Shown here in pieces: positions 1 through 10,782 of a stretch of 64,000 nt of DNA; position 1 is the stretch's first letter; each line of letters opens with the position of its first letter. A model generated the notes under the pieces. The model did no database searches. It saw nothing but the letters and a program-made list of their open reading frames with translations, and was not told the DNA's origin. The stretch is from Candidatus Poribacteria bacterium (GTDB taxonomy: Bacteria; Poribacteria; WGA-4E; WGA-3G): positions 1 to 64,000 of the forward strand of contig OZ219751.1 of NCBI GenBank assembly GCA_964291315.2, in the 5' to 3' direction. A program made the position numbers and the translations under genes.

Positions 1-39
1 AGTCCTAAGTCATTAAATACATTGTCGTAATCAGAGAGT

Positions 40-1734
40 CTATAGATTGAAATTTAGCCAACGGATGTGTTCCCGGTATGTGTCTACTTCTGCCTTAATT
101 CTTGCTTGATCCCAGCTATTTTTTTTCCCTAAGAATTGTGAGATTTGAGGGGCGATGTTGAGCCCTTGACCTGGTGTCCAACCGATTCGGGTGCGTCGCC
201 AGAGAAGATCGTCCAATGTCATCGCCATCTCGCCCCAATAGGCATAAACAAGTTCTGCTTTTATGAACGGAAGAGCGGGTGTTATTGGTTCAGTAAGCGT
301 TGCGTCTTCACTTATGAAGTCTTGAATGGCGAAATACCCTTCTCCGTATCGTTTAATGAGGCGTTCCGCGTCAAGGTTTGATGGTAACGCGCGATTCTGA
401 CCTGAACTTGACACGCCTCCTACAGCATTGGGCAACGGAGATGTCGCGGTTTTACAACGTCGCGGAACATTCAGAATTGGAGCAAGTCGATTTACTGTTT
501 CTTCTGCTATATGTCTGTGTGTAGTGAGTTTGCCACCATATAGATACATCACCCCGCTTGGGCTTTCTGTAATGAGGTGCCCCCGTGAAATGAACTCAGT
601 TTTTGCAAAATCTCGACGGTACGGATTCGCTGCAACAAGTGGACGTGTGCCCGCATAAGCAGCGATGATAGTGTCGTTATTGAGTGTTTTGTCCGGAAAA
701 ATTCGCTGCACCTCTGAAAGCAGGTATGCTACTTCAGCAGCTGATGGACGGACCGACGGTAAACCTTCCTCTGGTGTCGTTTCAGTAGTACCGACGATAG
801 AGGTATTGTGAGCACCGGGCAAAATAAAAATGACGCGAGATTTGCCACCGTGCTGTCTTTCCGATCTTGTAAAGGCTACTAAGCCGTACATCCCCGAGTC
901 GTCTACTTTTCCGCATCTAGGTAAGACGAGATGAATGCCTTTTGCATTCTTTGTTACAAGGCGTGGGATCCCGTCGTAACTTGGGTCTTTACGCCACACG
1001 TGATCACTCCAAGGCCCTGTCGCTGATACAATTTTTCGCGCAGAGATTTCGAAGCGTTCCCTAGAAATAACATCTTCAACCATTATTTTGGACAAACGCT
1101 TTCCATTATTGGAGGGACTCGGTTGATCGACAAAATCGAGAAACCGGACGTAGTTCACGATAACAGCACCATGTCGATGTGCATCTTTGAGTGTCGCAAG
1201 GGTTAATCTTGCATCATCAACAGTACTATCCCATAGAATGACACAGCCTTTTAATGTGCTCGTCGCAATAGGCCCGATCAAGTCTTGGATCTTTTGCGCG
1301 TCGCGAATTGCTGTCGATTTCTCCACACTATCTGTTTGAGAAAGGTAATTGTAATAGTGTGAGGCGAGTTGCATACCAACTAACGGATATGGATCGCCTT
1401 TGTAACAGAGAACTGCTAAAGGGATAGACTTGACAAGATTCGGTGCGATGTACCGGAGGATCTCACGTTCTTTCCGGGCTTGTCTAACGAGACCGATGTC
1501 CCGTTTCAAGAGGTAGCGAAACCCCCCGTGGATAAGCTGCGATGTCGCGCTGCTCGTTCCACTTGCAAAGTCGCCTTTCTCAATTAACCCTGCCCTGATT
1601 TTCCCATTCAGCGCAAGGTCTCGAATTACACCCGCGCCGACGATACCGCCCCCAATAACCAAGACATCTAGTGGTTCAGTCTGGAGAGTTTCAATATTAT
1701 TGGATCGAGTTTGAGCTGAAAATTCTTTTGGCAT
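40..1734 (-). CDS. glpD: FAD-dependent glycerol-3-phosphate dehydrogenase/oxidase family protein
   Basis: N-terminal DVLVIGGGIVG FAD motif, DFASGTSS..LIHGGFRY, DDARL, GGKLTT and RRTR motifs typical of GlpD. Confidence 0.85.
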   Translation of the reverse strand: MPKEFSAQTRSNNIETLQTEPLDVLVIGGGIVGAGVIRDLALNGKIRAGLIEKGDFASGTSSATSQLIHGGFRYLLKRDIGLVRQARKEREILRYIAPNLVKSIPLAVLCYKGDPYPLVGMQLASHYYNYLSQTDSVEKSTAIRDAQKIQDLIGPIATSTLKGCVILWDSTVDDARLTLATLKDAHRHGAVIVNYVRFLDFVDQPSPSNNGKRLSKIMVEDVISRERFEISARKIVSATGPWSDHVWRKDPSYDGIPRLVTKNAKGIHLVLPRCGKVDDSGMYGLVAFTRSERQHGGKSRVIFILPGAHNTSIVGTTETTPEEGLPSVRPSAAEVAYLLSEVQRIFPDKTLNNDTIIAAYAGTRPLVAANPYRRDFAKTEFISRGHLITESPSGVMYLYGGKLTTHRHIAEETVNRLAPILNVPRRCKTATSPLPNAVGGVSSSGQNRALPSNLDAERLIKRYGEGYFAIQDFISEDATLTEPITPALPFIKAELVYAYWGEMAMTLDDLLWRRTRIGWTPGQGLNIAPQISQFLGKKNSWDQARIKAEVDTYREHIRWLNFNL

Positions 1735-1753
1735 TTTATGTACTTAACTTCAG

Positions 1754-3160
1754 TTATATATTACTTATCAAATGGCTATGTAAGGAAACTTTGCGAATAG
1801 CATGCAGGATCCCTGATGTGGCACCCGCCACCGGCTTCGTCAATAAGGGTAAAAATATGAGTTGAGAACAAGCCCGTTCAGTGATCGGTAAATCTCCTGC
1901 TGCATAAGTTTTAAACTGCTCCCCTATATTAACCGTACAGAGATGACAGCGATTGTGCATATACATATCAAATCCGTGTCTGAAGACAGGTAAAGTGTGG
2001 AGAAGTGGGCATGGATTGCTGTTTGTCGGGAAACTGCCTGAAAACAGCGGCCTACCGTCTCCAACAAGGAGCGGATAAGGATTATTGTTTGCCAAGACCC
2101 CTTCTTTTTGAAGTCCTTCTGCGAAGGCCGGGGCCGGAAGTCCGTTCATCTCCTCTGCATGATAGCGGATAGGCAAACCGTAGAATCCTGCTGATTCGGT
2201 GCCTTCATAAGTTTCGACAGCAGAAACGCCCGGAATCTCTTGCAATCCGTCCGAGATTTCTTGGATATAGGCGCGGCGATTCGCGTTGAGCTCATCAAGT
2301 TTCTTCAGTTGAACAGAAGCGATGCCGATAGCAAGAGGATGGGCCCGAAATTTAATACCTAAGCCCATCGGTGGTAGATGTGGATAGCGCAATTCATCAT
2401 CTCTAGCTTCGCTTATGGCACTAAAGGAACGATTGACCTGACCGAGTAGACATGCACGTTCAAAAATTGATACATCATTAGTTGCAAGCATTCCGCCCTC
2501 ACCGCCACTGACAGGCTTGTTACCTTGTAAACTCCAAGCGCCTACCTTGCCGATGCTTCCGCACTGTCTACCTTTGTAAGATGCACCGTGCGCGTGGGAG
2601 CAGTCCTCAATGACTGCTATCCCGGTTTCCTGACTGAGTGCTATCAGGGCATCCATGTCACACACATTACCCCACAAATGGACCGCCACAATCGCTTTCG
2701 TCCGTGGTGTGATGTGCCTCCGGACATCAGCAACGTCAATGAGTAGTGTTTTCGGATCCACTTCGCAGAAAACGGGTGTTGCCATCAGCGCTAGCGCCGG
2801 TGTGATTGAACCTACCCAGGTGTACGTCGGGCAGATGACTTCATCTCCGGGTCCAACCCCGACTCCAAACATAGCACTATGTAATGCTGCTGTGCCGTTA
2901 GTAAGGCTCAAAGCAAATCGAGTTTGGTGACGTTCACGCCAGGTTTGTTCAAATTCGTGAACAGTCGGAGAGGCGCCGGAAAGCTCGTTCCGCAGAGTCA
3001 TGTCATAAACAATCTGGGCTTCTTCTTCTGTGATTTGCTTCCATGTGTCTAACTTCGGATAGGGGGCCTCAGAAGATGTTTCAAAGACAGGTAGTCCGCC
3101 TAAGATCGCGGGAATATCTCTTCGGCTAGTCTTAAGATGTGGCGATTTCTCTTTGTGCAT
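1754..3160 (-). CDS. DegT/DnrJ/EryC1/StrS family PLP-dependent aminotransferase
   Basis: NGTAALH, GPGDEVI, VHLWG, IEDCSHAHG and SLQGNK..GGEGG (PLP lysine) motifs; RBS GGAGGAG upstream. Confidence 0.9.
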   Translation of the reverse strand: MHKEKSPHLKTSRRDIPAILGGLPVFETSSEAPYPKLDTWKQITEEEAQIVYDMTLRNELSGASPTVHEFEQTWRERHQTRFALSLTNGTAALHSAMFGVGVGPGDEVICPTYTWVGSITPALALMATPVFCEVDPKTLLIDVADVRRHITPRTKAIVAVHLWGNVCDMDALIALSQETGIAVIEDCSHAHGASYKGRQCGSIGKVGAWSLQGNKPVSGGEGGMLATNDVSIFERACLLGQVNRSFSAISEARDDELRYPHLPPMGLGIKFRAHPLAIGIASVQLKKLDELNANRRAYIQEISDGLQEIPGVSAVETYEGTESAGFYGLPIRYHAEEMNGLPAPAFAEGLQKEGVLANNNPYPLLVGDGRPLFSGSFPTNSNPCPLLHTLPVFRHGFDMYMHNRCHLCTVNIGEQFKTYAAGDLPITERACSQLIFLPLLTKPVAGATSGILHAIRKVSLHSHLISNI

Positions 3161-3218
3161 CTCTATGGAGTCTCCTCCGGTATCTTTTTTTACGGTTTCA
3201 TACAGTTCTTCTGTAAAA

Positions 3219-3532
3219 TGGAAACTGTGAATTCCGACTCCTTATTGTAGAAGTAGGAGCGATCGCCAAGTGCTGCCTGCTTGCAGACAACCCAGAGAAA
3301 CCTAAAGCTGAATAAACTTAAATTTCTCGAATCGTAAAGTGTTTTTAATCTGGCGCCTATGTTATACTTAAGAGTTGTATTGTGGATAGATCCAACATTA
3401 GGCATAATAACATGTCTTGAAGATTTTTGTCAAATTTCAATAAGGTGGAAACCGTGAATTCCGACTCCTTATTGTAGAAGTAGGAGCGATCGCCAAGTGC
3501 TGCCTGCTTGCAGACAACCCAGAGAAACCTAA
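3219..3532 (+). repeat. 87-bp direct repeat, two copies (3219-3305 and 3446-3532), containing a REP-like GTAGGAGCG...TGCTGCCTGC hairpin
   Basis: Copies differ at one position (GAAACTGTG vs GAAACCGTG). Confidence 0.95.
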
Positions 3533-3555
3533 GTTTCACAGAGAATTGAAAAATC

Positions 3556-4644
3556 TTGAATATCCCAAAAGCATTCGCTTCCCTGCTACAGGATAGAACG
3601 GCTCAAATCAAGAATCTGTTTGTTAATTACTGCATGCCTCCTCTTCTCGCTTTCTCTGTTTTTTTTCTTTTGTGTGGGCTTGTACTCCAGATACGCGGAA
3701 AGGATCCCTTTGAGTTCTACAGCATCATCTTTGTCAGTGCTTTTTCAAGCCTTGACGATTTTGGTTATGTGCTGTTCAACGCAACCCCGCTTGTCTTTAC
3801 AGGACTCGCTGTGGCTATTGCCTATAAGAGTGGATTGTTTAACATCGGTTGTGAGGGGCAGCTCTACGTTGCTGCGTTTGCTTCCGCCTGGGTAGGCATG
3901 TACCTGCCGCTTCCTGCTTTTTTGTTGATTCCTCTTTGTATAGGAAGTGCAATGGTTGCTGGTGCTGCATGGAGTGCCGTCCCGGGGCTCTTAAAAGCGA
4001 GATATGGTGCGCATGAAGTCATCAATACCATCATGATGAATTTCGTCGCGTTTGCCCTTATGAATTATCTTGTTACAGCTGTGTACCAAGAACCCGGACA
4101 AATGATTCCCCAAACTCCGGAGATTTACGAAGCAGCGCGGCTTCCACGATTAGCATCTCTGTTCCCTATTCTGCCGAGCAGCAATCCTCTAAATGTGAGT
4201 TTTTTATTTGCTTGTGGATGTGTCCTGTTCTGCTATGTCTTCTTAAAATACACTCGTTGGGGATACGAACTTCGATTGTTTGGAAACGCCCCGGATGTTG
4301 CCGTTTATGGTGGAATAAATCCGCGAACCGTGACAGTGTGGGTAATGGCATTAAGTGGAGCAGTTGCAGGGTTAGCCGGAGTGGCTGAGGTGTTAGGATA
4401 TCGTTATCGGTTTCTGGATAATTTCTCATCGGGGTGGGGTTTCACCGGGATTGCCGTTGCCCTTTTAGGGAGAAATAATCCTTCCGGTATTTTGGTGGCA
4501 GCTGTGCTCTTCGGATTATTGAATAAGGTCGCCTTAGATATCGAAATTTTGTTAGAGATTCGGCGCGGCCTATTTCTTTCCGGACAAGGCCTATTAATTA
4601 TCTGGTTGATTTGCACAGAGAGAATTGCGTGGAAGAAAAAATGA
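3556..4644 (+). CDS. ABC transporter permease, nucleoside/sugar (BPD_transp_2) type
   Basis: Multiple TM segments; TPLVFTGLAVA, GLFNIGCEGQ, HEVINTIMMN and GFTGIAVALLG motifs. Confidence 0.9.
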   Translation: MNIPKAFASLLQDRTAQIKNLFVNYCMPPLLAFSVFFLLCGLVLQIRGKDPFEFYSIIFVSAFSSLDDFGYVLFNATPLVFTGLAVAIAYKSGLFNIGCEGQLYVAAFASAWVGMYLPLPAFLLIPLCIGSAMVAGAAWSAVPGLLKARYGAHEVINTIMMNFVAFALMNYLVTAVYQEPGQMIPQTPEIYEAARLPRLASLFPILPSSNPLNVSFLFACGCVLFCYVFLKYTRWGYELRLFGNAPDVAVYGGINPRTVTVWVMALSGAVAGLAGVAEVLGYRYRFLDNFSSGWGFTGIAVALLGRNNPSGILVAAVLFGLLNKVALDIEILLEIRRGLFLSGQGLLIIWLICTERIAWKKK

Positions 4645-5483
4645 TTTTTGAATTGATCCCAAGCACTTTGCGAATGGCAACGCCATTAGGGTTTGCCACG
4701 CTCGGCGGGATTTACTCGGAACGCGCCGGGGTAATCAACCTTGCCCTTGAAGGGATGATGCTCATCGGGGCATTTGGCTACGTTGTGGGAACCCAAGCTT
4801 CTGATTCAACATGGCTTGGACTGCTTGTAGGCATGGCGTTTGGGTTTGGGTTCGCCTTATTGCATGCCGTTGCGACTATTACTTTTCGGGCAGAACAAAT
4901 CGTCACTGGAATAGCAATTAACATTTTAGCATTAGGAATTACGGAGTTCCTTATACCTATACCTGAGCAGGTAGGCGGACTTCCACAATGGGAATTCCCA
5001 CTTGTCGGTTCCTATAGTTTTCTAGTTTATCTGTTACCTGTACTGACTGTAGTGAGTCATATTTTCCTCTTTAAAACACCGTGGGGGCTTCGGCTGCGGG
5101 CTGCAGGTGAATCAACTGCGGCACTTGCATCGATGAGTCTCAGCCGCGCAAAATGGCAATACTTAGGCGTTCTGATAAGTGGTATCTTAGCAGCGATTGG
5201 AGGTTGTTTTCTGGCATCAGAAGTCCACTATTTCACCAAAGGTATGACTGCAGGGCGCGGTTATCTCGCGATCGCAGCGGTCATCTTCGGAAATTGGAGG
5301 CCTTTGAGCGGGATCGCAGCGTGCTGCCTCTTTGGGTTCACAACTGCTTTAGAGTTCGTAAACCGATGGAATGTACCAGTGCAGCTACTCCATAGCTTGC
5401 CCTATATCTTAACAATGATTGTCCTCGCTGGATTTGTCGGAAAATCACGTCCACCTGCAAGCTTAGGAAAACCCGGGGCATAA
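4641..5483 (+). CDS. ABC transporter permease (second subunit)
   Basis: SERAGVINLALEGMML, TPWGLRLRAAGE and GRGYLAIAAVIFG motifs; ATG overlaps the upstream stop. Confidence 0.9.
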   Translation: MIFELIPSTLRMATPLGFATLGGIYSERAGVINLALEGMMLIGAFGYVVGTQASDSTWLGLLVGMAFGFGFALLHAVATITFRAEQIVTGIAINILALGITEFLIPIPEQVGGLPQWEFPLVGSYSFLVYLLPVLTVVSHIFLFKTPWGLRLRAAGESTAALASMSLSRAKWQYLGVLISGILAAIGGCFLASEVHYFTKGMTAGRGYLAIAAVIFGNWRPLSGIAACCLFGFTTALEFVNRWNVPVQLLHSLPYILTMIVLAGFVGKSRPPASLGKPGA

Positions 5484-5508
5484 CCTTCTTGCTTCATCTT
5501 ACGAGAAG

Positions 5509-7863
5509 TTAGGCTTCCTCACTATCATTGACGAGTTCGTCACAGTTAGGGTGACGACTGTAGTAACCGTAGGATTTAGCCTGTTTTGGATCAATCATAT
5601 TGCAAAGCACACCGATTCCTTTCGTTGGAAATGCTTCCGTTAGATCACGTATACCGGTGAGAATGTCAGCCCGTCGAGTTTTCGTGATGTCAAAGACATA
5701 AACAATAACATCAACCATGTTTGCCAGAATCATGGGATCCGCCACAGCGCGGATTGGCGGCGAATCGATGACTATCACATCATATTCTGATTTTGAAAGT
5801 TCCAACCAATGTGTCATCATTTCTGAGTTGAGAAGTTCGATTGGGTTAGGTGGAACGGTTCCACTCGGTACCAAATGCAAATTAGGAATACCCGTCGGTT
5901 TAATCGTTGTGTGCAGTATGTCTTCTGCGTTTTCGGAGTTCAAGTGGATGAGAGCTTCGCTCAATCCCGGCTTACGACTATCGACGCTCAGCGCAGTGGA
6001 TTCAGAACGAGGCAGGTTGCCCGTATGCTCAGATTCGAGAGGTTCATCAGTTGAAAAGATATTGTGTTGGGTGGGCCTGCGCATATCCGCATCTATTAAT
6101 AGGACCTTATTTCCTCTTTGTGCGAGTGCAACAGCGAGATTAGAGGCAGTAGTGCTTTTGCCTTCGCCGCGCATCGCGCTCGTGACGAGGATTGTTTGCA
6201 AAGGTGTCCCCGGGTTCAAAAATGGCAATTTTGCTTGTAGAACCCGGAATGCTTCTGCTGATCCTGATTCAGGTGCATCGTGAACAATAAGTGGGAGTCG
6301 GTAAGTTCTGCGTTTTTTTATGGAAGGCAAAATACCGAGAAAACTTGGAGATTCAGGCATCGCATCTAGTTGCCGCACAGCCTCCTCTAATCGCAGATAT
6401 GTATCTTTGAAGTAATTTTTGGCGACAGCGAATGTTACGCCTAGTAGCATTCCGACAAATGCCCCTAAAGCGAGGTTAAGTTTTAACCGCGGTTTCAGGG
6501 GTTCTTCTGGTGCACGTGCTGCGTCTAATACCTTAATGTTTTCTGTTCGTGATTGAGAGAAAATCTCGGATTCCCGCATCCGCGTTTCTAAAGCTACGAC
6601 TTGTGCATTGTAGATTTCAATATCTCGTTTGAGCCGGTAGAATTTCAGTTGGTCGGGCGACCATTCTCGGAGTTGGGTGAAGTGTGCTGCTATTTGGGCG
6701 GTAACTTCTTCTTTCTGTTGTCTGAGACTAGTAGAGTTTGCTTGTGTTTCGTTTACCTTTTCTGAGATAACTTGGTAGAGCGGATTGTAGGAGGATGTTG
6801 TACTTGTTATTTTTTTTTCTTCTTTATCGAGGCGTGTCTTTGTTTCTCTAATTTGTTCATCTACAGAAGTGACCTCAGGGTGTGTTTCATCATATTTCCC
6901 TAGAAGCGCAGCACGGTCAATTTCATACTGGTTCAAACTATCCCGCAGCTTAGCATGTGACGGGTTCTGTCCGACTGTTTCTGAGATAGTATTTTCTGAT
7001 AACTTTTCCAGTTCCTTTTGATAAGTAGCAAGTTTCAATTCGGCACTTGCTAGGAGGCTAATCAATTCGTGTTCCCTAACTTGGAGTGCCAAAATGATTT
7101 GTGCTTGTGTGCCTCCTTCCGCGTTTAAGGTAATCTCTGGGTGTTCTTGCTGAAAGGTAAACAGTTCGTTCTCAGCTCTCGTAAGGTTTTCCTTGGTCTG
7201 ATTTAGGAGCTCTTGCGAGAAAGGTTTTTGCCACCAACCCATTTCTTCGGCGGTTTCTGCTTCGACGGCTGCCTGAAATACCTCAGCGATCTTGTTGACC
7301 AAGTTTTGTGCGCGTTCCGGGGTCCGCTGTTTCACGGTCACAGTGATCACATTCCTATCGAGTACTTCTTCCACCTTTAATTGTTCTTCAATGAGGGTCT
7401 TGATAAAGAAATCTTCCCACTCAGTAGGCGTAAGATCCCCTTGTTCTGTGGCATTTGGATCGAGTTCAATATTTAGCAAGCTAGCAAGCCATTCTACAGA
7501 GCGCGCTCGATAGACAGGTAACGGTTCAAGCAGTCCCTCTTCTTTGAGTTGCTGTACTGCCGGCGCGACGACAAGGTCCCGCGACTGTAATTGGGCAGTG
7601 TAGGCGCCTAAAGAAGTCCCGTTCAATAATCCTGATAACGGTAGCTGCGAAAGCAGTGTAGAAGCTGGCTGTTTGTCTACCATACGCAGCACTGTTTCTG
7701 ATTGATAAACAGGCGCCGTGAAATCAGTCACAAGAAACGCGCCAAAAACGGAAAACACGAAAATGAAAAGAATACTCCACTTGTTCCGAAAGAGGATCCA
7801 AAAATAATCTGATAGTCGAATTTCCCTAATTTCTTCAAAGTATCTATCGGTTGTTTCGCGCAT
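5509..7863 (-). CDS. wzc: Wzc-type polysaccharide co-polymerase / tyrosine autokinase
   Basis: Wzz-like N-terminal TM, coiled coil with YDETHPEV, second TM, Walker A GEGKST, LLIDADMRRP, VIDSPP and Tyr-rich tail YGYY. Confidence 0.9.
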   Translation of the reverse strand: MRETTDRYFEEIREIRLSDYFWILFRNKWSILFIFVFSVFGAFLVTDFTAPVYQSETVLRMVDKQPASTLLSQLPLSGLLNGTSLGAYTAQLQSRDLVVAPAVQQLKEEGLLEPLPVYRARSVEWLASLLNIELDPNATEQGDLTPTEWEDFFIKTLIEEQLKVEEVLDRNVITVTVKQRTPERAQNLVNKIAEVFQAAVEAETAEEMGWWQKPFSQELLNQTKENLTRAENELFTFQQEHPEITLNAEGGTQAQIILALQVREHELISLLASAELKLATYQKELEKLSENTISETVGQNPSHAKLRDSLNQYEIDRAALLGKYDETHPEVTSVDEQIRETKTRLDKEEKKITSTTSSYNPLYQVISEKVNETQANSTSLRQQKEEVTAQIAAHFTQLREWSPDQLKFYRLKRDIEIYNAQVVALETRMRESEIFSQSRTENIKVLDAARAPEEPLKPRLKLNLALGAFVGMLLGVTFAVAKNYFKDTYLRLEEAVRQLDAMPESPSFLGILPSIKKRRTYRLPLIVHDAPESGSAEAFRVLQAKLPFLNPGTPLQTILVTSAMRGEGKSTTASNLAVALAQRGNKVLLIDADMRRPTQHNIFSTDEPLESEHTGNLPRSESTALSVDSRKPGLSEALIHLNSENAEDILHTTIKPTGIPNLHLVPSGTVPPNPIELLNSEMMTHWLELSKSEYDVIVIDSPPIRAVADPMILANMVDVIVYVFDITKTRRADILTGIRDLTEAFPTKGIGVLCNMIDPKQAKSYGYYSRHPNCDELVNDSEEA

Positions 7864-7883
7864 ATCTTACTTTAACCTCTAAT

Positions 7884-9121
7884 TTATCTCCCTAAGATAT
7901 TGAAAAGCAGATTCACAAACGATATAGCAGATGTAATAATTCGCCAATCTAAACGTATCCGTTCACGAATTCGGAGTTGATCTTTCGGATGTAGATAAAT
8001 ATCCGCCTGCACAAGATCGAAGTTTATTTCCTGTTCTGTCCCGTCTGCTCGCGTTAAGATACATTTTTTAGGGTTTGCTCTGTTCTCATCAAATCCTCCT
8101 GCCATGACGATAGCCTCTCTTAGAGGCACCGGCTCAGTAATCACGTATTGCCCCGGCTTCTCTACTGCTCCCGTCACGCTTATTTTTGCCTCAGCGAGAG
8201 GGATGTACAACGTGTCACCCGGGGCCATCATAACATTTGCATTTTCTGCGGATAGATCTACTAAAGTGCGTTTTTCACTAGTGATAACTTCTGCGTTGTG
8301 CAGGTCTGCGAAATTTGATCTCGAACCACCAGCAAGTTTCAACACCTGAATCGCGGGTATTTCCGGGGTTGTTATACGATAGACGCCCGGGGAAGCTACG
8401 GCCCCTATGGCGCGTACAGCGCGCTGTTGATAGATAGACGGAACAAAAATAATATCATGGTCTTCTAAAGGAACATCGGGACCACCATCGTCGAGCAGTT
8501 GTAGATAATTAACTTTTCTGTACAGTTTCCCACCACGCCAGATGTAAATGTTGCTGAGGTCAGCGGTTTCATAGATGATGTCTGCTGATGCCAATGCTTG
8601 GAGAAGATAAACCTGTCCGACTTCAAAAATATGCAGATTGCCCCGCCCGCGCGACGTAACTGCCCCAAAAACGAGAATCGTACGCTTCGGCTGCATAAGT
8701 GTCACAAACACGCGCGCCGTTGGAAGCTGTGCTGAAAAAGCAGCCTGCATCTGTGCTTGAAGTTCTGGGACGGTGAGACCGGTCGCCTTGATCAGCCCAA
8801 TGAGTGGATAGGATACATAACCATCTTGTTGAATTGGTACTGGAATTCTGTCTTTACTATATTCCGGGTAACCATCGACGGTAACGACAAAACTGTCACC
8901 GATTTGCAGTCTGTATGTAGAAACTTGCTCGGAAGGTTTTGATCTTCCGGTGTCGTTTCTGTGTTGATAGTAGGATTTTCCGCTGGAGGTTCTCCTGCCA
9001 AAATCGATACAGGGAAACCGATTTGTATGATTAGCAGAAACGGAGCAAAACCACTAATAGTAAGTTTTAGGAACTTACCGATCGCACTCAAAGAATGTCC
9101 GCGTAAAGGAAGGGTATTCAT
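7884..9121 (-). CDS. wza: Wza-like polysaccharide export protein with SLBB domains, frameshifted near 8937-8940
   Basis: Adding one A in the CAAAAC run joins ORF 8792-9121 (signal-like) to the frame reading YRLQIGD...DGYVSYPLIGLIKATGLTVPEL, which continues into ORF 7884-8750 (GAVEKPG SLBB repeats). Confidence 0.8.
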
Positions 9122-9274
9122 AGAAAATTACAGTTAACCTTTTCCAAAAGATTTTCGTTTTTTTTGTTGCCTTCAAGGCACATTTTGCAAGCATACCTCA
9201 TATATTTTAGCAGCTATACGCCGGAAAAGCAAAACAAATCATGCGCATTGTCTATAGACAACTTGTGTTTTTAG

Positions 9275-9505
9275 TTACAAACCACGGCACTTCTCTTCAA
9301 AAAAAGAGTGTATTGTGCGCTTGCACTCACCGCGCAGGATATTGAAACCTGCGTTGTCGAGCTCAAATTGTGTTATCCAAGTAGTCTCCACACGTCCGTT
9401 TAAGACGTGGCAAACGGGTCGAAAACTCGAGAGCGAGACAGGTAGCGATCTTCCGGCGCGATAGCCGGGCGTACCGACATCGTCCTGATGTCTGAAGGCT
9501 AGCAA
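9275..9505 (-). pseudogene. Fragment of a secreted-protein C-terminal region (GTPGYR..LPVSLSSF..W.TQ.ELDNAGFNILR)
   Basis: Resembles the LPV.L..F...W.T.sE.nN.GF.i C-terminal Ig-like module of large secreted proteins; lacks both the N-terminus and the end of the domain. Confidence 0.6.
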
Positions 9506-9639
9506 GTTTCATTATACCTTAAACTGTTGTCAAATACTTTTCACCCAAAGAATAGGGAATACCCTTTTTGACCGTCATCTCCTTAACTGTGCTAATATTC
9601 AACAACCTATAGTCATCTTATCTCGACTTATGCTATAAT

Positions 9640-10600
9640 TTGATAGACTCTGCTATCTAAAGCGCAGGGGATCTTTGAAAGTGAATACTCGCTTTTTGGT
9701 GCGGATTGTGGCATTCCGATATCGGTTGAAGTCTGCAAGGGTCGATCACAATCGCAAGTCTGATACCAGCTAAGACGAAGGTGGATGTTCCAACCTTTAT
9801 TATATTTATCGCAGCGTTTACGTCTCTTACGAGGAACACGGGCAACATCTTTCCATGTGCGTTCCCGATTATTGCTTCCTTTGATTTTCCGTGGATGTTC
9901 GCGTTGTGTCCCTGAAAGATCATTCAGAGAGGTTTTATAGAATTCCGGAGACATGTATAGTCTCCGGTGTGAACAAGTGAACATTGTTCTGATACTGAAG
10001 TCAAAAACGGAACAGGGCGAATCGGAAGCAGCTTGCCCATCTTAGACAGCATTTCGGAAACGATGTAGTCTATCACAACGAACATATAGAGACCTCCGAG
10101 ACCATCTTTCTTTAGTATGATGATTTTGATATGATCCAGTACAGGTCGGCTTCGGTTAAAGCGATAGCGTTTATCGTGTATCCGAACTTTATCACCATAG
10201 AAGCTGTAGCTATAGCGGACAGGGTGAACTAGTAAGGTTTTCACTAGGAACGGAATTGATGCGGCCGCTTAGCAAGAGCAGCGAAGAAACTTTTATATCC
10301 TTAATGCAACCTTTTGAGGAGATTGTGTGTGCCCAGGAGTGCAACTCATGCCAATGTGCAAACACTTCAGAGGGCAATTTACGCAATATCGTGAACTCAC
10401 GAGACATGTCATTATAAAACATATACGGAAAGCCGATCGAATGCGCGGATCGTTTCTGCCTAATAAGTAGTTCCAAATATCGTGTACTATCCGCGTCAAT
10501 GGCTTCAAATTGTGATTGCGTTTCGCACGAAATAGTTTGTGGAGTGTTCTATACAATGGTGCTTCTCGTTTCTCGCTTTAAACCGTAAGAGCGGGTGGCA
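9640..10600 (-). mobile_element. tnpB: Degenerate IS200/IS605-family element with fragmented tnpB
   Basis: Fragments in several frames: helix-like ..IVHDIWNY, RERTW, and RDVNAAINI (RuvC-III); right-end-like GATCCCCTGCGCTTTAGATAGCAGAGTCTATCAA ending in TCAA at 9640; many stops and frameshifts; left boundary approximate. Confidence 0.75.
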
Positions 10601-10782
10601 GAGATATTGTCTGGAGACAGTACTAATTATGTTTGCCAACGAGATAAATATATCATACATTCGCGTTTGTCAAATTTATTCTTGACACAAATCATTAACT
10701 GCCACTACAGCTCCGACACAGAGGAACGCGGGTTTGTAGCGGGGGATTGGATAAAAACGACCCACAGGAGGCCTTTACAACT

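Noticed and set aside
3190-3539. Two short similar minus-strand ORFs (71 and 60 aa)
   Set aside because: Their similarity only reflects the 87-bp repeat; no RBS or protein features
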